Below are positions 28,401 to 40,420 of a stretch of 64,000 nt of DNA, piece after piece. Each line of letters begins with the position of its first letter. The stretch's first letter is position 1. The DNA is taken from NCBI RefSeq assembly GCF_002113885.1, contig NW_018407298.1:129462-193461 (forward strand). Reading direction: 5' to 3'. The translations under genes and the position numbers were made by a program. The DNA comes from Mizuhopecten yessoensis (Eukaryota). Under the pieces are notes generated by a model. That model made no database searches and was not told where the DNA came from. It saw only the letters and a list, made by a program, of their open reading frames with translations.

Positions 28401-31400
28401 AAATCCCACCCTCCTATATTTCCTGAAACATATCCCACCTTCCTATATTTTCTGGGACAAAACCCACCCTCCAAAATCCTGGGACAAACCCCAACCTCCT
28501 ATATATCCTGGACAAACCCCACCCTCCTATATTTCCTGGGACAAATCCCACCCTCTTATGTTTCCTGAGACAAACCCCACCCTCCTATATTTCCTGGGAC
28601 AAATCCCACCCTCCAAAATCCTGGGACAAACCCCATCCTCCTCTATTTCCTGGACAAACCCAACCCTCCTATGTTTCCTGAGACAAATCCCACCCTCCTA
28701 TGTTTCCTGAGACAAACCGTATCCAGCCATGATTCCAGAGACAAACCCCATTCTCCATGGCTTCCTGAGACAAACTCTAGCCTGCAATGTTTCTTGAGAC
28801 AACCCCCCCCCCCCCTACTTTACCATTTCTTCTTATAGTTACATTTATTTTTTTTATTTTGAGATATTTATATTCATGTCAGTTTATAAATAGAGTAACT
28901 CATAAACCCATAGATCTTCTTAAGAATCATTCAGACATTTTTAATAGATGTCTTGTTTATTATTACTTAAACTTTCATAAGTTGAATGAAACTTAGTCTA
29001 GTTCCAAGTAATCACAAAACTTCAGTGAATTAATGTAAACATACTTATTTCATTGGGCTAAAATTTTAGTACATTATGTGATTGTAACAAATTATTGCAT
29101 TGATGAATTTAAACAGATAAATTTAGTGCACTCTTAAAAGCTTGAAAAGTGCTAAAATAAGATTACCACTAATATATGTACATCTATAATCATTTTTACA
29201 GTGTGTGTTTCAGTGTTTCATGTTTGTGTTTCAGTTATTAAAGAAGGACCTGTCGGACATCCTGGCCCTTTTTGTTCAGTATGTGCCTTACATAACCATC
29301 ACAGCTCTCAACCTTATCCTCCCCATTGTCTTCCAAAAGCTGGTTCAGTTTGAGCGATACTTCCATGAAAATGAGATCAAGATCACATTGACTAGGTGAG
29401 TATAAGTCATCATGTATACTACTACTACTAATGATAATAATAATTTGAGATTCTTATATGATGCTTTAACCACAACCTAGTTCGTAGGTTTCTTAAAGTG
29501 GTACCCGGTTCACAAATGATTATCCGTGGTTATAGGGCCTTTGCAACCAGCCAATATCTTAATCAACTCGCTGGGGAGCATACAGCCAGTGTTGCCATTT
29601 CGGAACTCACAGCTAGCTTTCAACAATTCTAGCACTGCCTAACCACATACTCATTTACAGCTGAGTAGACTGGAACAAGCAAAGTAAAGTATCTTGTTCA
29701 AAGATACAACACAGTACTGTGACATGACTCGAACCTGCAACCCTTTGGTCATGAGCCGGGCATCCTTCCACTAGACTACTGTGCCTCTTATTAGGGATAT
29801 ATGTATACTAATTAGGGATACATGTGTACTAATTAGGGATACATGTGTACTAATTAGGGATACATGTATAATAATTACGAATACATGTTACTGTAATATG
29901 AATCTGCTTTCCAGTAGAGTTCCCAGCTAAGAAACTTCTAGAATATCTGAAGTTAACAGTATTTGCTGTTATATATAGAGCTCATCATGGAGCTGAAATA
30001 GTTTCTAAGTAAGTGATGTCTGTTTGGTGTACTTGTACTCATATCTAGTAACTTCAATAACAACAAAAATAGAGGAAACAACAGTTGTACCAGACAAGCT
30101 ATTAAATCCTATTGTTGGTGGCACAAACAATATATTAAAAATAATATCAGATTGTTGTTATTGATTAGAATACTACAATATGTTGGAGTCTTTAGAAAAG
30201 ATATTAAGTAAGAAAAAGACATCCAACATTATTCAAAATTTCTTATATTGAATATGTGCTCTTTATGTGAAAATGTTTCAACATTTCAGATCCATATTAT
30301 TGCGACTGGCCTCCCCAATAGTTCTGATAGCCATCTTGTATCAGCAACTGATCGGGGTGGGTGGGGAAGAGGATCTGGGGCGATGTGGCAATACTCGCTG
30401 GTCAACCAGCTCTGGAGGGACTGTCAAAGGCAGCGTCAAGGTAGAATTATCAAGGAGAAAGGCTGTAGGGAGAGATTCACTTGATCAAAAGTAATATAGT
30501 GAACTTTGTCAGGGGAGAAGGCGGGACACTTTCTCTAGTAAGACCTCTCTAGGGAGTTTGTCAAAGTGTAAATGAAAATAAAAACTTCTGCTGGGGGAGG
30601 GGAATGGTGGGGGTACTTTCTTTAGAGCCTCTTTGTAATGAACAGAACATCTTATACTGTGTAGTTGTACACTTGTTTCTTTTCAGATATGATAATTTAT
30701 AACAAGTAAAAGATCTTTATGCTTGATAACTTATAACAAGTAACAAAATCTTAATAGAATTAGCCATGTCATGTAGAGTATTCTTTATCAAGTAGAATGA
30801 AAAGATACCATAGGATGGATGGTTTGAATTAGGTTTAGAATGAATCTTCCACATTAATTTCATATTCTTGAGCGTATGTGGTAAACTGAGAGATACAGAC
30901 ATGCTGTGAGATAAATCTAATTATAAAGTACTGACTAACATACAGTGTATATGTATGAGAAATGATATGTAGGGCATATAGGCATCGATAGATGATATTA
31001 TGTTGCCAAAGTTATAAACACTTGAAGTATAGGCACTTGGTTTATTTGTATGTAAATGAGAATAATGTTTACCTGTGTTGTCAGTGTTGGGAGACCTATG
31101 TTGGACAGCAGATCTACAAGCTGGTATTGTTAGACCTGATTGTGGAGACCGGCATCGTCATATTTGTACACCTACCCCGCAGGTGAGATTACTTATTCTT
31201 GCATGCTAGACCGAGATATCCGCATTTCCAGCGGTGCTGAAAAATTCTATCTGACCCACGGGTCTAGATCGCTTACACATGCAGACTGGTGGAGGGAGTT
31301 ATAGTGACCTTTCAGGGTCACGCTATTGTTTGTGATGTCATTTTATGATGTTTTGGGGTCATTCAGGATCATTGACGTCACTAACAATTGACATCCGGGC

Positions 31401-34400
31401 TTCATATGCAAATGGGAAATGTGCAGACACTTTACAACTTTACTAGAAGAGCAGCTGTTTTTACAGGTTTAAGGTAATGAGCAAGAAATAGAATCCATCT
31501 ATGATGTGAGGTAAGGATAAGGTTATTCAAACCCTCAGGATAAAATATTGACCAAAAGACCCTCGGCATAGCCTCAGGTCTCCTACTCAATATTTTATCG
31601 CTTGGGTTTGAATAACCTTATCCATACCTCTCATCAGGGATGGATTCTATTACTCTATCCCTACTCCCTACCATTCAGTCTGAGGTTCTGTACACCAGGT
31701 AGATAAATAACTCCCTACCCTACCAGTCTGAGGTTCTGCTCTATCCTTACTCCCTACCATTCAGTCGGAGGTTCTACTCTATCCCTACTCCCTACCATTC
31801 AGTCTCAGGTTCTACTCTATCCCTACTCCCTACCATACAGTCTGATGTTCTGCTCTATCCCTACTCCCTACCATACAGTCTGAGGTTCTGCTCTATCCTT
31901 ACTCCCTACCATACAGTCTGAGGTTCTGCTCTATCCCTACTCCCTACCATACAGTCTGAGGTTCTACTCTATCCCTACTCCCTACCATACAGTCTGAGGT
32001 TCTACTCTATCCCTACTCCCTACCATACAGTCTCAGGTTCTGCTCTATCCCTACTCCCTACCATACAGTCTCAGGTTCTGCTCTATCCCTACTCCCTACC
32101 ATACAGTCGGAGGTTCTGCTCTGTCCCTACTCCCTACCTTACAGTCTGAGGTTCTACTCTATCCTTACTCCCTACCATACAGTCTGAGGTTCTACTCTAT
32201 CCCTACTCCCTACCATACAGTCTGAGGTTCTACTCTATCCCTACTCCCTACCATACAGTCTGAGGTTCTGCTCTATCCCTACTCCCTACCATACAGTCTC
32301 AGGTTCTGCTCTATCCCTACTCCCTACCATACAGTCTGAGGTTCTGCTCTATCCCTACTCCCTACCATACAGTCTGAGGTTCTACTCTATCCCTACTCCC
32401 TACCATACAGTCTGAGGTTCTACTCTATCCCTACTCCCTACCATACAGTCTGAGGTTCTGCTCTATCCCTACTCCCTACCATACAGTCTGAGGTTCTACT
32501 CTATCCCTACTCCCTACCATACAGTCTGAGGTTCTACTCTATCCCTACTCCCTACCATACAGTCTGAGGTTCTACTCTATCCCTACTCCCTACCATACAG
32601 TCTGAGGTTCTACTCTATCCCTACTCCCTACCATACAGTCTGAGGTTCTACTCTATCCCTACTCCCTACCATACAGTCTGAGGTTCTACTCTATCCCTAC
32701 TCCCTACCATACAGTCTGAGGTTCTACTCTATCCTTACTCCCTACCATACAGTCTGAGGTTCTGCTCTATCCCTACTCCCTACCATACAGTCTGAGGTTC
32801 TACTCTATCCCTACTCCCTACCATACAGTCTGAGGTTCTACTCTATCCCTACTCCCTACCATACAGTCTGATGTTCTGCTCTATCCCTACTCCCTACCAT
32901 ACAGTCTGAGGTTCTGCTCTATCCCTACTCCCTACCAGTTTGAGGTTCTGCTCTATCCCTACTCCCTACCATACAGTCTGAGGTTCTACTCTATCCCTAC
33001 TCCATACCATACAGTTTGAGGTTCTGCTCTATCCTTACTCCCTACCATACAGTCTGATGTTCTGCTCTATCCCTACTCCCTACTATACAGTCTGAGGTTC
33101 TACTCTATCCCTACTCCCTCTATCCCTACTCCCTACCATACAGTCTGAGGTTCTGCTCTATCCTTACTCCCTGCTATACAGTCTTAGGTTCTGCTCTATC
33201 TCTACTCCCTACCATACAGTCTCAGGTTCTACTCTATCCCTACTCCCTACCATACAGTCTGAGGTTCTACTCTATCCCTACTCATTACCATACAGTCTGA
33301 GGTTCTGCTCTATCCTTACTCCCTGCTATACAGTCTTAGGTTCTGCTCTATCTCTAATCCCTACCATACAGTCTCAGGTTCTACTCTATCCCTACTCCCT
33401 ACCATACAGTCTCAGGTTCTGCTCTATCCTTACTCCCTTCCATACAATCTCAGGTTCTACTCTATCCTTACTCCCTACTATACAGTCTGAGGTTCTGCTC
33501 TATCCTTACTCCATCCCATACAGTCTCAGGTTCTGCTCTATCCCTACTCCCTCCCATACAGTCTGAGGTTCTACTCTATCCCTACTCATTACCATACAGT
33601 CTGAGGTTCTGCTCTATTCCTACTCCCTACCATACAGTCTGAGGTTCTGCTCTATCCCTACTCCATACCATACAGTCTCAGGTTCTGCTCTATCCTTACT
33701 CCCTACCATACAGTCTGAGGTTCTACTCTATCCCTACTCATTACCATACAGTCTGAGTTTCTGCTCTATCCCTACTACCTACCACACAGTCTGATGTTCT
33801 GCTCTATCCTTACCCCCTGCTATACAGTCTTAGATTCTGCTCTATCTCTACTCCCTGCCATACAGTCTGAGGTTTTGCTCTATCCTTACTTCCAACCATA
33901 CAGTCTGAGGGTCTGCTCTATCCTTACTCCCCGCTATACAGTCTTAGGTTCTACTCTATCCCTACTCCCAACCATACAGTCTGATGTTCTGCTCTATCCT
34001 TACCCCCTACCATACAGTCTCTACTCCCTACCATGCAGTCTCAGGTTCTGCTCTATCCTTACCCCCTACCATACAGTCACAGGTTCTACTCTATCCCTAC
34101 TCATTACCATACAGTCTGAGTTTCTGCTCTATCCCTACCCCCTACCATACAGTCTCAGTTTCTACTTTCTCCTTACTCCCTACCATACAGGCTGAGGTTC
34201 TTCTCTATCCCTACTCCCTACCATACCGTTTGAGGTTCTGCTCTATACCTACTCCATACCATACAGGCTGAGGTTCTGCTCTATCCTTTCTCCCTGCTAT
34301 ACAGTCTTAGATTCTGCTCTATCTCTACTCCCTGCCATACAGTCTTAGGTTCTACTCTATCCCTACTCCCAACCATACAGACTGAGGTTCTGCTCTATTC

Positions 34401-37400
34401 CTACTCCCTACCATACAGGCTGAGGTTCTTCTCTATCCCTACTCCCTGCTATACAGTTTTAGGTTCTGCTCTCTCTCTACTCCCTACCATACAGTCGGAG
34501 GTTCTACTCTATTCCTTCTCCATACCATACAGTCCGAGGTTCTGCTCTATCCCTACACCCTACCAGTTTGAGGTTCTGCTCTATACCTACTCCATACCAT
34601 ACAGTCCGAGGTTCTGCTCTATCCTTAATCCCTACCATACAGTCTGAGGTTCTGCTCTATCCCTACTCCTACCATACGATCTGAGGTTCTGCACACCGGT
34701 AAAATAAAATAACTCCCAATAAAACTAATCCCTAACATTCAATCCTAAGTACTATGCATAGTGGGCAAGTAAGATTACTCCCAATTACTTAACACACATT
34801 CAGAGAATTTGTACAGAGATTCAGTACTCCAAGTAATTCCTCAACAAAAGACAATCACAAGGTTTATTGAGAAGAAGATATACAATGTACCTGTTTACTG
34901 TGATATATTTATGTTATTTGGAGAATGGACAGGTGTTGAGAAATGTGTACAGTAATTTGGTAAATCTTTTTCACATTTCAAAAACGTTTCCTACAAATAA
35001 AAGGCCATATGTATGACATTGTAAATCAAGACACATACCGGTACATCCATTGTGAAATAACCTAACTTGTAGTTTACTAATGGCAGTTACTTTGTTCCAG
35101 ATTGGTATTTAATAGATTTAGTTCAACAAGTAAGCTTATCAAAATTATTGGAGCCCAGGAGTTCAGCGTTCCCATCAATGTGGTGGATATTATCTACAGT
35201 CAGATTCTCTGCTGGTAAGTCACAGTGACATCATGTTACTCATTACAGATAGGTCTCTGGTTGTCAAAATAATTTGACCAGGTGAAATTTCATGCTACCT
35301 TTTCCAGGTTCAGAGAGATTACACTTTAAAATTGCCCTTTAGTGGCCCAATCGTCTAGGAAAAACACATCTTTATATGATTTTATTTATTGCAAGGACAC
35401 AGAACCCTGAAACAAAACTCAAGCAGTTCAGTATATATCAATGGTATCCTGTAGGCCTACTAGCTATAGGTAGTGTCCTGTCTTGTTTCTGTGGTGGATG
35501 TCATTAGTTGTCTGAACAAGGTATTGTCCTATCTGATTAAAAGTAATTAGGATGTTCGTTTAATTGTTATAACAAAGACCTCCAATAGTGACCCATACAT
35601 GGATATGTTTGAGTTATCTTTAATCATTTCCAGACAAGACTTAAGATTGATTTCTACAAAGTAATGTGTTATTCAACTTTGGTGAAATTTGGTAAGATGT
35701 ATATTTTCCAACCCCAGCCATACTTTGGAATATTTGTCATTTATGTGATTTTTTTGAAAGAATATTATTCTCCCTGACCAAGAGATAGCAATGTGTACAA
35801 TTTTATAAATGTTCTATTTGAAGTCCTCTCTCCAGAAATAGTGCTGTGTAATAAAATTCAGAAAGGATGTTGAGTCAATGTGTAAAATTAACAATGCTGA
35901 TAAAAAAACACCCAGCTTGAAAGTGATAGGTGTGGTGTTCTGTTGCAGGTTGGGTCTGTTCTTTAGTCCCATCATTCCATTCATGACGTTTGTCAAGTGC
36001 TTCCTCTTCTTCTATATCAGAAAGGTAAGAGTTCTTGTAGACTTTCTCACCAGTTAGTTATACCTTGGTACATCAGTAATTGCAAGCACTGTGATTCTAC
36101 CAGACTTTTTCACTGGTAAGTGTATCATCATTTGACACAGCAGTCATGACTGAGAAAACCAGCAAGTTTAATTTAAATGTACATATATATAAATAATACT
36201 GATGACAAAGTTATTTTGAAAATGCAGGAGTATGGATTAAAATTTCTTTTATAATATTATTGCCTGTAAGCAATTAATTTAAATAAATGAGAATACAGCA
36301 GTATAATAGCATGTCCTGTTTGTATCTCCCCCAGTTTTCCCTAACTAACAGCCGTATAGAAGATCGTCCCTTTAAGACGTCACGCTCCAACTCCCTGTTC
36401 ATGACCGTACTACTGCTGTCCTTTATACTGGCTGCACTCCCCATCGGTTACATGATTGGAACGTAAGTACTCCATTCCAAAACAGGATATTTTTATATTT
36501 TATTGTGATATTAACACAGTTTCTTATAAAGTCTTATTACTTGTTTGCTAAATACTGCTCTTAGTGGAGGAGAAAATGATGTGATCTTTTCCTGAAAGGT
36601 TGAATTTTATGAATAATATACATTATTCCACTCAGCTTAAGGAAGTAGCTGTCCAGTAAAGAAATCTTCTGATAGGTAACAATCATACTTATTATCTCTC
36701 CGATTGAGATCAGAGGGAGTGTTGTAATCACACTTATCTATTGATCCATCTATCTGTCCCTCCACACTCAGTCTTCAAGCAATAACTAAATCTACCCAAA
36801 ATTAATACACAGTTCTTCTTTACGAAGTGCTTGCTTGGGATTGCTTTTCAAGTCTTAAGATAAAAGGTCAAGGTCACTTACTATAAACAGAAAAATAATA
36901 CACTGCTTCTTTATGGAAAGTACTTGCTTAGGACTACTTTCAGATTGGAAGTTCAAAGGTCAAGGTCATTGTTGCTTCAAATCAAAAATAATAATGCTCA
37001 ATAGCTCAAGTTCCATTGGTCCAATAACACTCAAACATCATTTATGCTACCTGACTGAAGATGCAAAAGTCAAAGGTCAAGGCCACTGTTACTAAAAGTA
37101 TTACATTCTACAATATAAAAATACCTCTGTATCAAATCTCAAACCATGTCACCCTCCTGTGATACCATGCTAAAACTAACTTTCTGAGTCCACCTCAGGT
37201 CAGACAAGATAATCCTGCTTTATAAAAATATGATCAATATGAAACCACTTTGACCAGTAACATCTTGTTTTGTTCATGTAGCATCGCTCCTAGTCAGAGT
37301 TGTGGGCCTTTCCGAGTGTACAACAGCACCGAAAGTGTCATGTTTGATACTATTACCAGCACCGTACAAAGATGGCCGCCAGTGGCTCGTGACATTTTCT

Positions 37401-39340
37401 ACTTCCTGGGTACTGCAGGTTTTCTGGTTCCCCTTATCATCATTCTGTGGTAAGTAGTAACATGTCCCAGGGGAGTGGCTTTCTGGTAAAGGATTTTAAT
37501 ACTGGTGAACTAAGTGTATAGATTTGATAAAGTCACAGATTACACTGGCTTCTGAAACCTTGTACAATGCTACCAAATACTTAATAGATGACAAATTCTG
37601 ATTATTTTACAATCAATATTATTTCCACAGCCTTATTTAATTCTAAAACCTTTTTATCATATCAGAATGTTAAAACACATCTTTGATTTACATAATACAA
37701 TCCACTTTTTAAAGTATTCCCAGCTAATGCTAGATGTTAATTTAAATTTTGAAATAAGAATTTCCTGTATGTTAAAGCAATAAAAAATGTCTTTATATTT
37801 CTAGTTCTCACAGATTGTATTGAATCCATATATATCCTGGTGAAATTCTGTGTCCATCAATTTTAAACATTTAAAAATAAAGTTCATTAATCTCAGTGGT
37901 TCAGGGTAAGGATAACTGGGTATATCTTTTGATTGATGTATAACATTATAATTTATGTGATTTCAGTCTCATAATGTATTACTACTGGCTTCTTGGATCA
38001 GGCTACAAGAGGACAGAAAAATTGCTTCAGCAACAACTAGTTCTGGTAAGTCTGCTAACTGGGGCAAAGTGTAGGATTTATTATAAAGTTTATTTGTTTG
38101 TGTTAAACTATTCACTGTTTCCTTGGTCAATATATAACTGCAAAAAATAGATCCAGTAAATATATACTTCTGATAAACCATTTCACATTAAAAAAAACTA
38201 AGAAAAACATATCTATGGAATTAAATTGTTTGTGTAAATCGGAAACATTGACAGAAGTGGGAAGTTTGATAGGACATTTGAAACATTTACAGAATAGGGG
38301 GTTATGAGGACATTAGGACTTTGATAGAACTAGGGTGTTTCCATTATTACTACGACGTCTTCATTTCTGATTGGATTTTGACCAAACATCATACATTAGT
38401 CAATGATAAGAATAACAAGTTCATATTTCTCGGTGTCATGGTCACTATGACTGATAAAATTGTTATCTTTTGATAAAAAAATCCCCAAAGAACAATAATG
38501 TTTCTATGTCAGATATAATGAAATTGATTATCAGAGAATGAAGTTGTCGTAGTGATAGATTAGATATAGGTCGTGTTGGTAAGCAGCAGCACAAGGCTCT
38601 CCAATAGACTCTGCTTATGCCAGTATTCACTATATTGTGAGAATAGATATAGGTCTTGTTGGTAAGCAGCAGCACAAGGCTCTCCAATAGACTGCTTATA
38701 CGAGTATTCACTATATTGTGATGTATATTTCTAAACGTTTTATTCAGGTTGGTAAGTATGGATTATGAAGTTCTTTTTACACAACCAATACAATTTTCTA
38801 TGTGACGTTTCGATGACCAGTACAACATGTACACTGTCACCTTCATCAGTCAAATGACCAGTGAAGCGTATGCACACAAAGGTGTAAAATATGTATTGTG
38901 TTAACTGGGCACCTTATATTCAAACTTGAAGGTGGTATATGCAAGTCTCTTCATCTCAACGTAAACACAAGGTGATTTTTACACCTTTGTGTGCATACGT
39001 TGGTCATTTGTCTGATGAAGGTGACAGTGTACGTGTCATACTAGTCATCGAAACGTCACATAGAAAATTGTATTGGTTGTGTAAAAGAACTTTTCATAAT
39101 TGTGGTGCATAGTTTGACGTCTTTGATTGAAGGAGGGGTGTGAAAAACTAGACTTATCAGTGGTTCATAACCATAGGAAAGGTGTGAGAATACTGATTCA
39201 TCTGTTGTCTTGATTTGTAGGAGGGACGGGACAAAAACTATCTCCTGGGACGAGTTAAAGAGTATCAGCTCCTGCAGCCAAGGGAAGATTCTGAGGATGT
39301 GTTTGATTTTCGACAGACTGATGTACTAGCAGGCACCTAA
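13469..39340 (+). CDS. TMC7: Transmembrane channel-like protein (TMC7-like), paralog B, complete; ~824 aa, or ~842 aa with three microexons
   Basis: Phase-consistent exons: 13469-13532, 14189-14303, 15058-15393, [18770-18781, 19514-19546, 21024-21032], 21199-21256, 23005-23086 (GC donor), 24100-24365, 24669-24820, 25276-25420, 26309-26470, 29235-29395, 30290-30440, 31085-31182, 35101-35214, 35949-36024, 36335-36462, 37282-37449, 37967-38045, 39221-39340. Motifs EIEGSYGTAIMTYFRF, QGTGWME..LFYG.Y, CWETYVGQQIYKL (TMC signature), PSQSCGPF, EGRDK. The first three exons are less certain than the TMC-domain exons; TMC7 orthology is inference. Confidence 0.92.
13695..14125. repeat. 27-bp intronic minisatellite
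   Basis: Unit CCACACCTGTATTGATGATCACCCTTA; explains the repetitive ORFs at 13670-14366. Confidence 0.93.
14385..14860. repeat. 37-bp intronic minisatellite, ~13 copies
   Basis: Unit AAACTGATTTACCTGGTCTCACTGATCAGGGGACAGG. Confidence 0.95.
15381..16165. repeat. 38-bp near-perfect minisatellite, 21 copies, containing the exon-3 splice donor
   Basis: Unit CTAGCTTGATGAG|GTAACCATTTACACTAGTAATGTGA; decayed copies continue to ~16320. Confidence 0.97.
17275..18600. repeat. 21-bp intronic minisatellite; a related short block lies at 16710-16840
   Basis: Unit TGTACCCATTTCAGTGTCTGG; gives the spurious 479-aa CTHFSVW ORF. Confidence 0.95.
18770..18781 (+). CDS. Candidate 12-nt microexon of TMC paralog B
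   Basis: ttttttcctgacag|AGACAAAAACCA|gtaagt; multiple of 3, phase 2-2, no stop (R-D-K-N-Q across junctions). Confidence 0.5.
19514..19546 (+). CDS. Candidate 33-nt small exon of TMC paralog B
   Basis: aacttcag|GGCCAGACGTGGGACAGACTTTAAGTTAATGAG|gtaacc; phase 2-2, encodes ARRGTDFKLM. Confidence 0.6.
20625..20710. repeat. 21-bp tandem repeat, ~4 copies
   Basis: AACTTTGAGGCCATGTAAAAG. Confidence 0.85.
21024..21032 (+). CDS. Candidate 9-nt microexon of TMC paralog B
   Basis: cttcttttgcag|GAGATGTTT|gtaagt; phase 2-2, no stop (R-R-C-L across junctions). Confidence 0.5.
21645..22102. repeat. 45-bp intronic minisatellite, ~10 copies
   Basis: Unit CTTCATTATTCTTATACCTGTACTACAAGTCCAACAGTCATCAAA. Confidence 0.95.
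25410..26020. repeat. 31-bp minisatellite, 20 copies, containing a TMC splice donor
   Basis: Unit CTGATATAAAG|GTAAAATTATTACCAATGGG; the first copy overlaps the exon end at 25420. Confidence 0.97.
26606..28217 (+). mobile_element. Helentron-associated (HINE/DINE-1/pearl-like) non-autonomous element with ~9 internal ~145-bp tandem repeats
   Basis: T-run + AGCTCACCTGG sub-terminal repeat, 5' stem-loop, short GTCC/GTC tract, 145-bp repeats, 3' CCAGGTGAGC and palindrome AGGCCCATTGGGCCT; a second copy lies inverted at 62531-63556. Confidence 0.85.
28218..28810. repeat. 29-bp minisatellite; its first ~2 units lie at 26555-26605, on the other side of the HINE
   Basis: Unit CCTGAGACAAATCCCACCCTCCTATATTT. 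Confidence 0.92.
29420..29785 (-). mobile_element. tRNA-derived CORE-type SINE, decayed
   Basis: Minus strand: A-box-like TAGTCTAGTGG, B-box GGTTCGAGTC, CORE-like segment tgtgttgtatctttgaacaagatacttt...cagctgtaaatgag, (ATT)n-like tail. Confidence 0.75.
31196..31652 (-). mobile_element. Hairpin-ended non-autonomous DNA element (family Y) in a TMC intron
   Basis: Reverse-complement homolog of 54373-54828 with the same termini (TAATAGAATC...GCAAGAA); ~165-bp terminal palindrome. Confidence 0.88.
31653..34692. repeat. 38-bp intronic minisatellite, ~80 copies
   Basis: Unit TCTATCCCTACTCCCTACCATACAGTCTGAGGTTCTAC; homogeneous centre, more diverged 3' third. Confidence 0.97.
36690..37095 (+). mobile_element. 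Decayed HINE-like repeat fragment
   Basis: Stem-loop, degenerate ATCY/GTCY tract, three AAAGGTCAAGGTCA motifs. Confidence 0.35.
38762..39100. mobile_element. Inverted-repeat element with ~130-bp arms, Penelope-like terminal-repeat remnant
   Basis: 38762-38890 is the reverse complement of 38974-39100; each arm carries CTGATGAAG...CGAAACGTC. Confidence 0.75.
39009..39060 (+). ncRNA. Minimal type-I hammerhead ribozyme motif; mirror copy on the - strand at 38801-38852
   Basis: TGT-CTGATGA-A-GGTGAC(loop)GTCATC-GAAACGTC-ACA: core boxes, 6-bp stem II, palindromic ACGT in place of stem III, 3-bp stem I. Confidence 0.6.
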
Positions 39341-40024
39341 CAATTGTATTGACTCTGTGTTCTGTTAAAGGAGCAGTCTCAAATATACTCAGGGTAGGGT
39401 AAGAATCGAGGTTACCTCACATCTCCTGTCTACAATTCTACCTATACTTGTCTCAATGCAACTTCTTCTGTTATGTTGAAGGATCTACATTGAGTATCAT
39501 AGGTGGTGTTATTACTGTAGGCCACCTGGAAAGGATTGGGGTTGTAGTACAACATATAAAGGTGTGCCTATAATTAAATGTATAGAGATTAATATAATTA
39601 AATGTATAGAGATTTATACTACAACAGGTGTCGGTGTGAAAGGTTTCTGTACATAGTACAGTACATTGTATGTAGTAAAAGAGCTCAGAAACAATACCTG
39701 TCAAGTAAGACCAGGTTGTTATGTATGCACACTCATAATGATAATTACATAACATAACCCAGTGCTACTCGGAGCTTACATGTTATTAAATATCATTTGG
39801 TTCCCATAGTAAGATTCCATTCACATTCCCCTTGTATCTTTTCAATGACGGGATCAGAAAGAGACCTGTTTGGCATGCTTAAAAAACGTGCCAATCAAAA
39901 CCCTCAGTTATTTCTGATGTAGGCCATTCTACAGCGATTGGCTGTTGAATATTTCATCAATTGAAATTATGCTATGAAATTTATGATTATCTAATATCAA
40001 CATGTCACTTGTTGTTATACATGT

Positions 40025-40420
40025 ATGGTGTCAACACTAATTACATGGTGTCACCACTAATTACATGGTGTTACCACTGGTTACATGGTGTTACCACTGG
40101 TTACATGTCACCACTAATTACATGGTGTTACCACTGGTTACATGGTGTTACCACTGGTTACATGCCACCACTAATTACATGGTGTTACCACTAGTTACAT
40201 GTCACCACTAATTACATGGTGTCACCACTAATTACATGGTGTAACCACTTGTTACATGTCACCACTAATTACATGGTCTTACCACTGGTTCTATGTCACC
40301 ACTAATTACATGGTGTTACCACTGGTTACATGTCACCACTCATGTACATGGTGTTACCACTGGTTACATGTCACCACTAATTACATGGTGTTACCAATGG
40401 TTACATGTCACCACTAGTAA
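40025..40420. repeat. 18/21-bp composite minisatellite downstream of the TMC-B stop
   Basis: CACCACTAATTACATGGTGTTACCACTGGTTACATGT-type units. Confidence 0.9.

Noticed and set aside
29700-29785. tRNA gene
   Set aside because: Only A/B boxes are present, followed by a CORE-like body and a simple-repeat tail; this is a SINE head.
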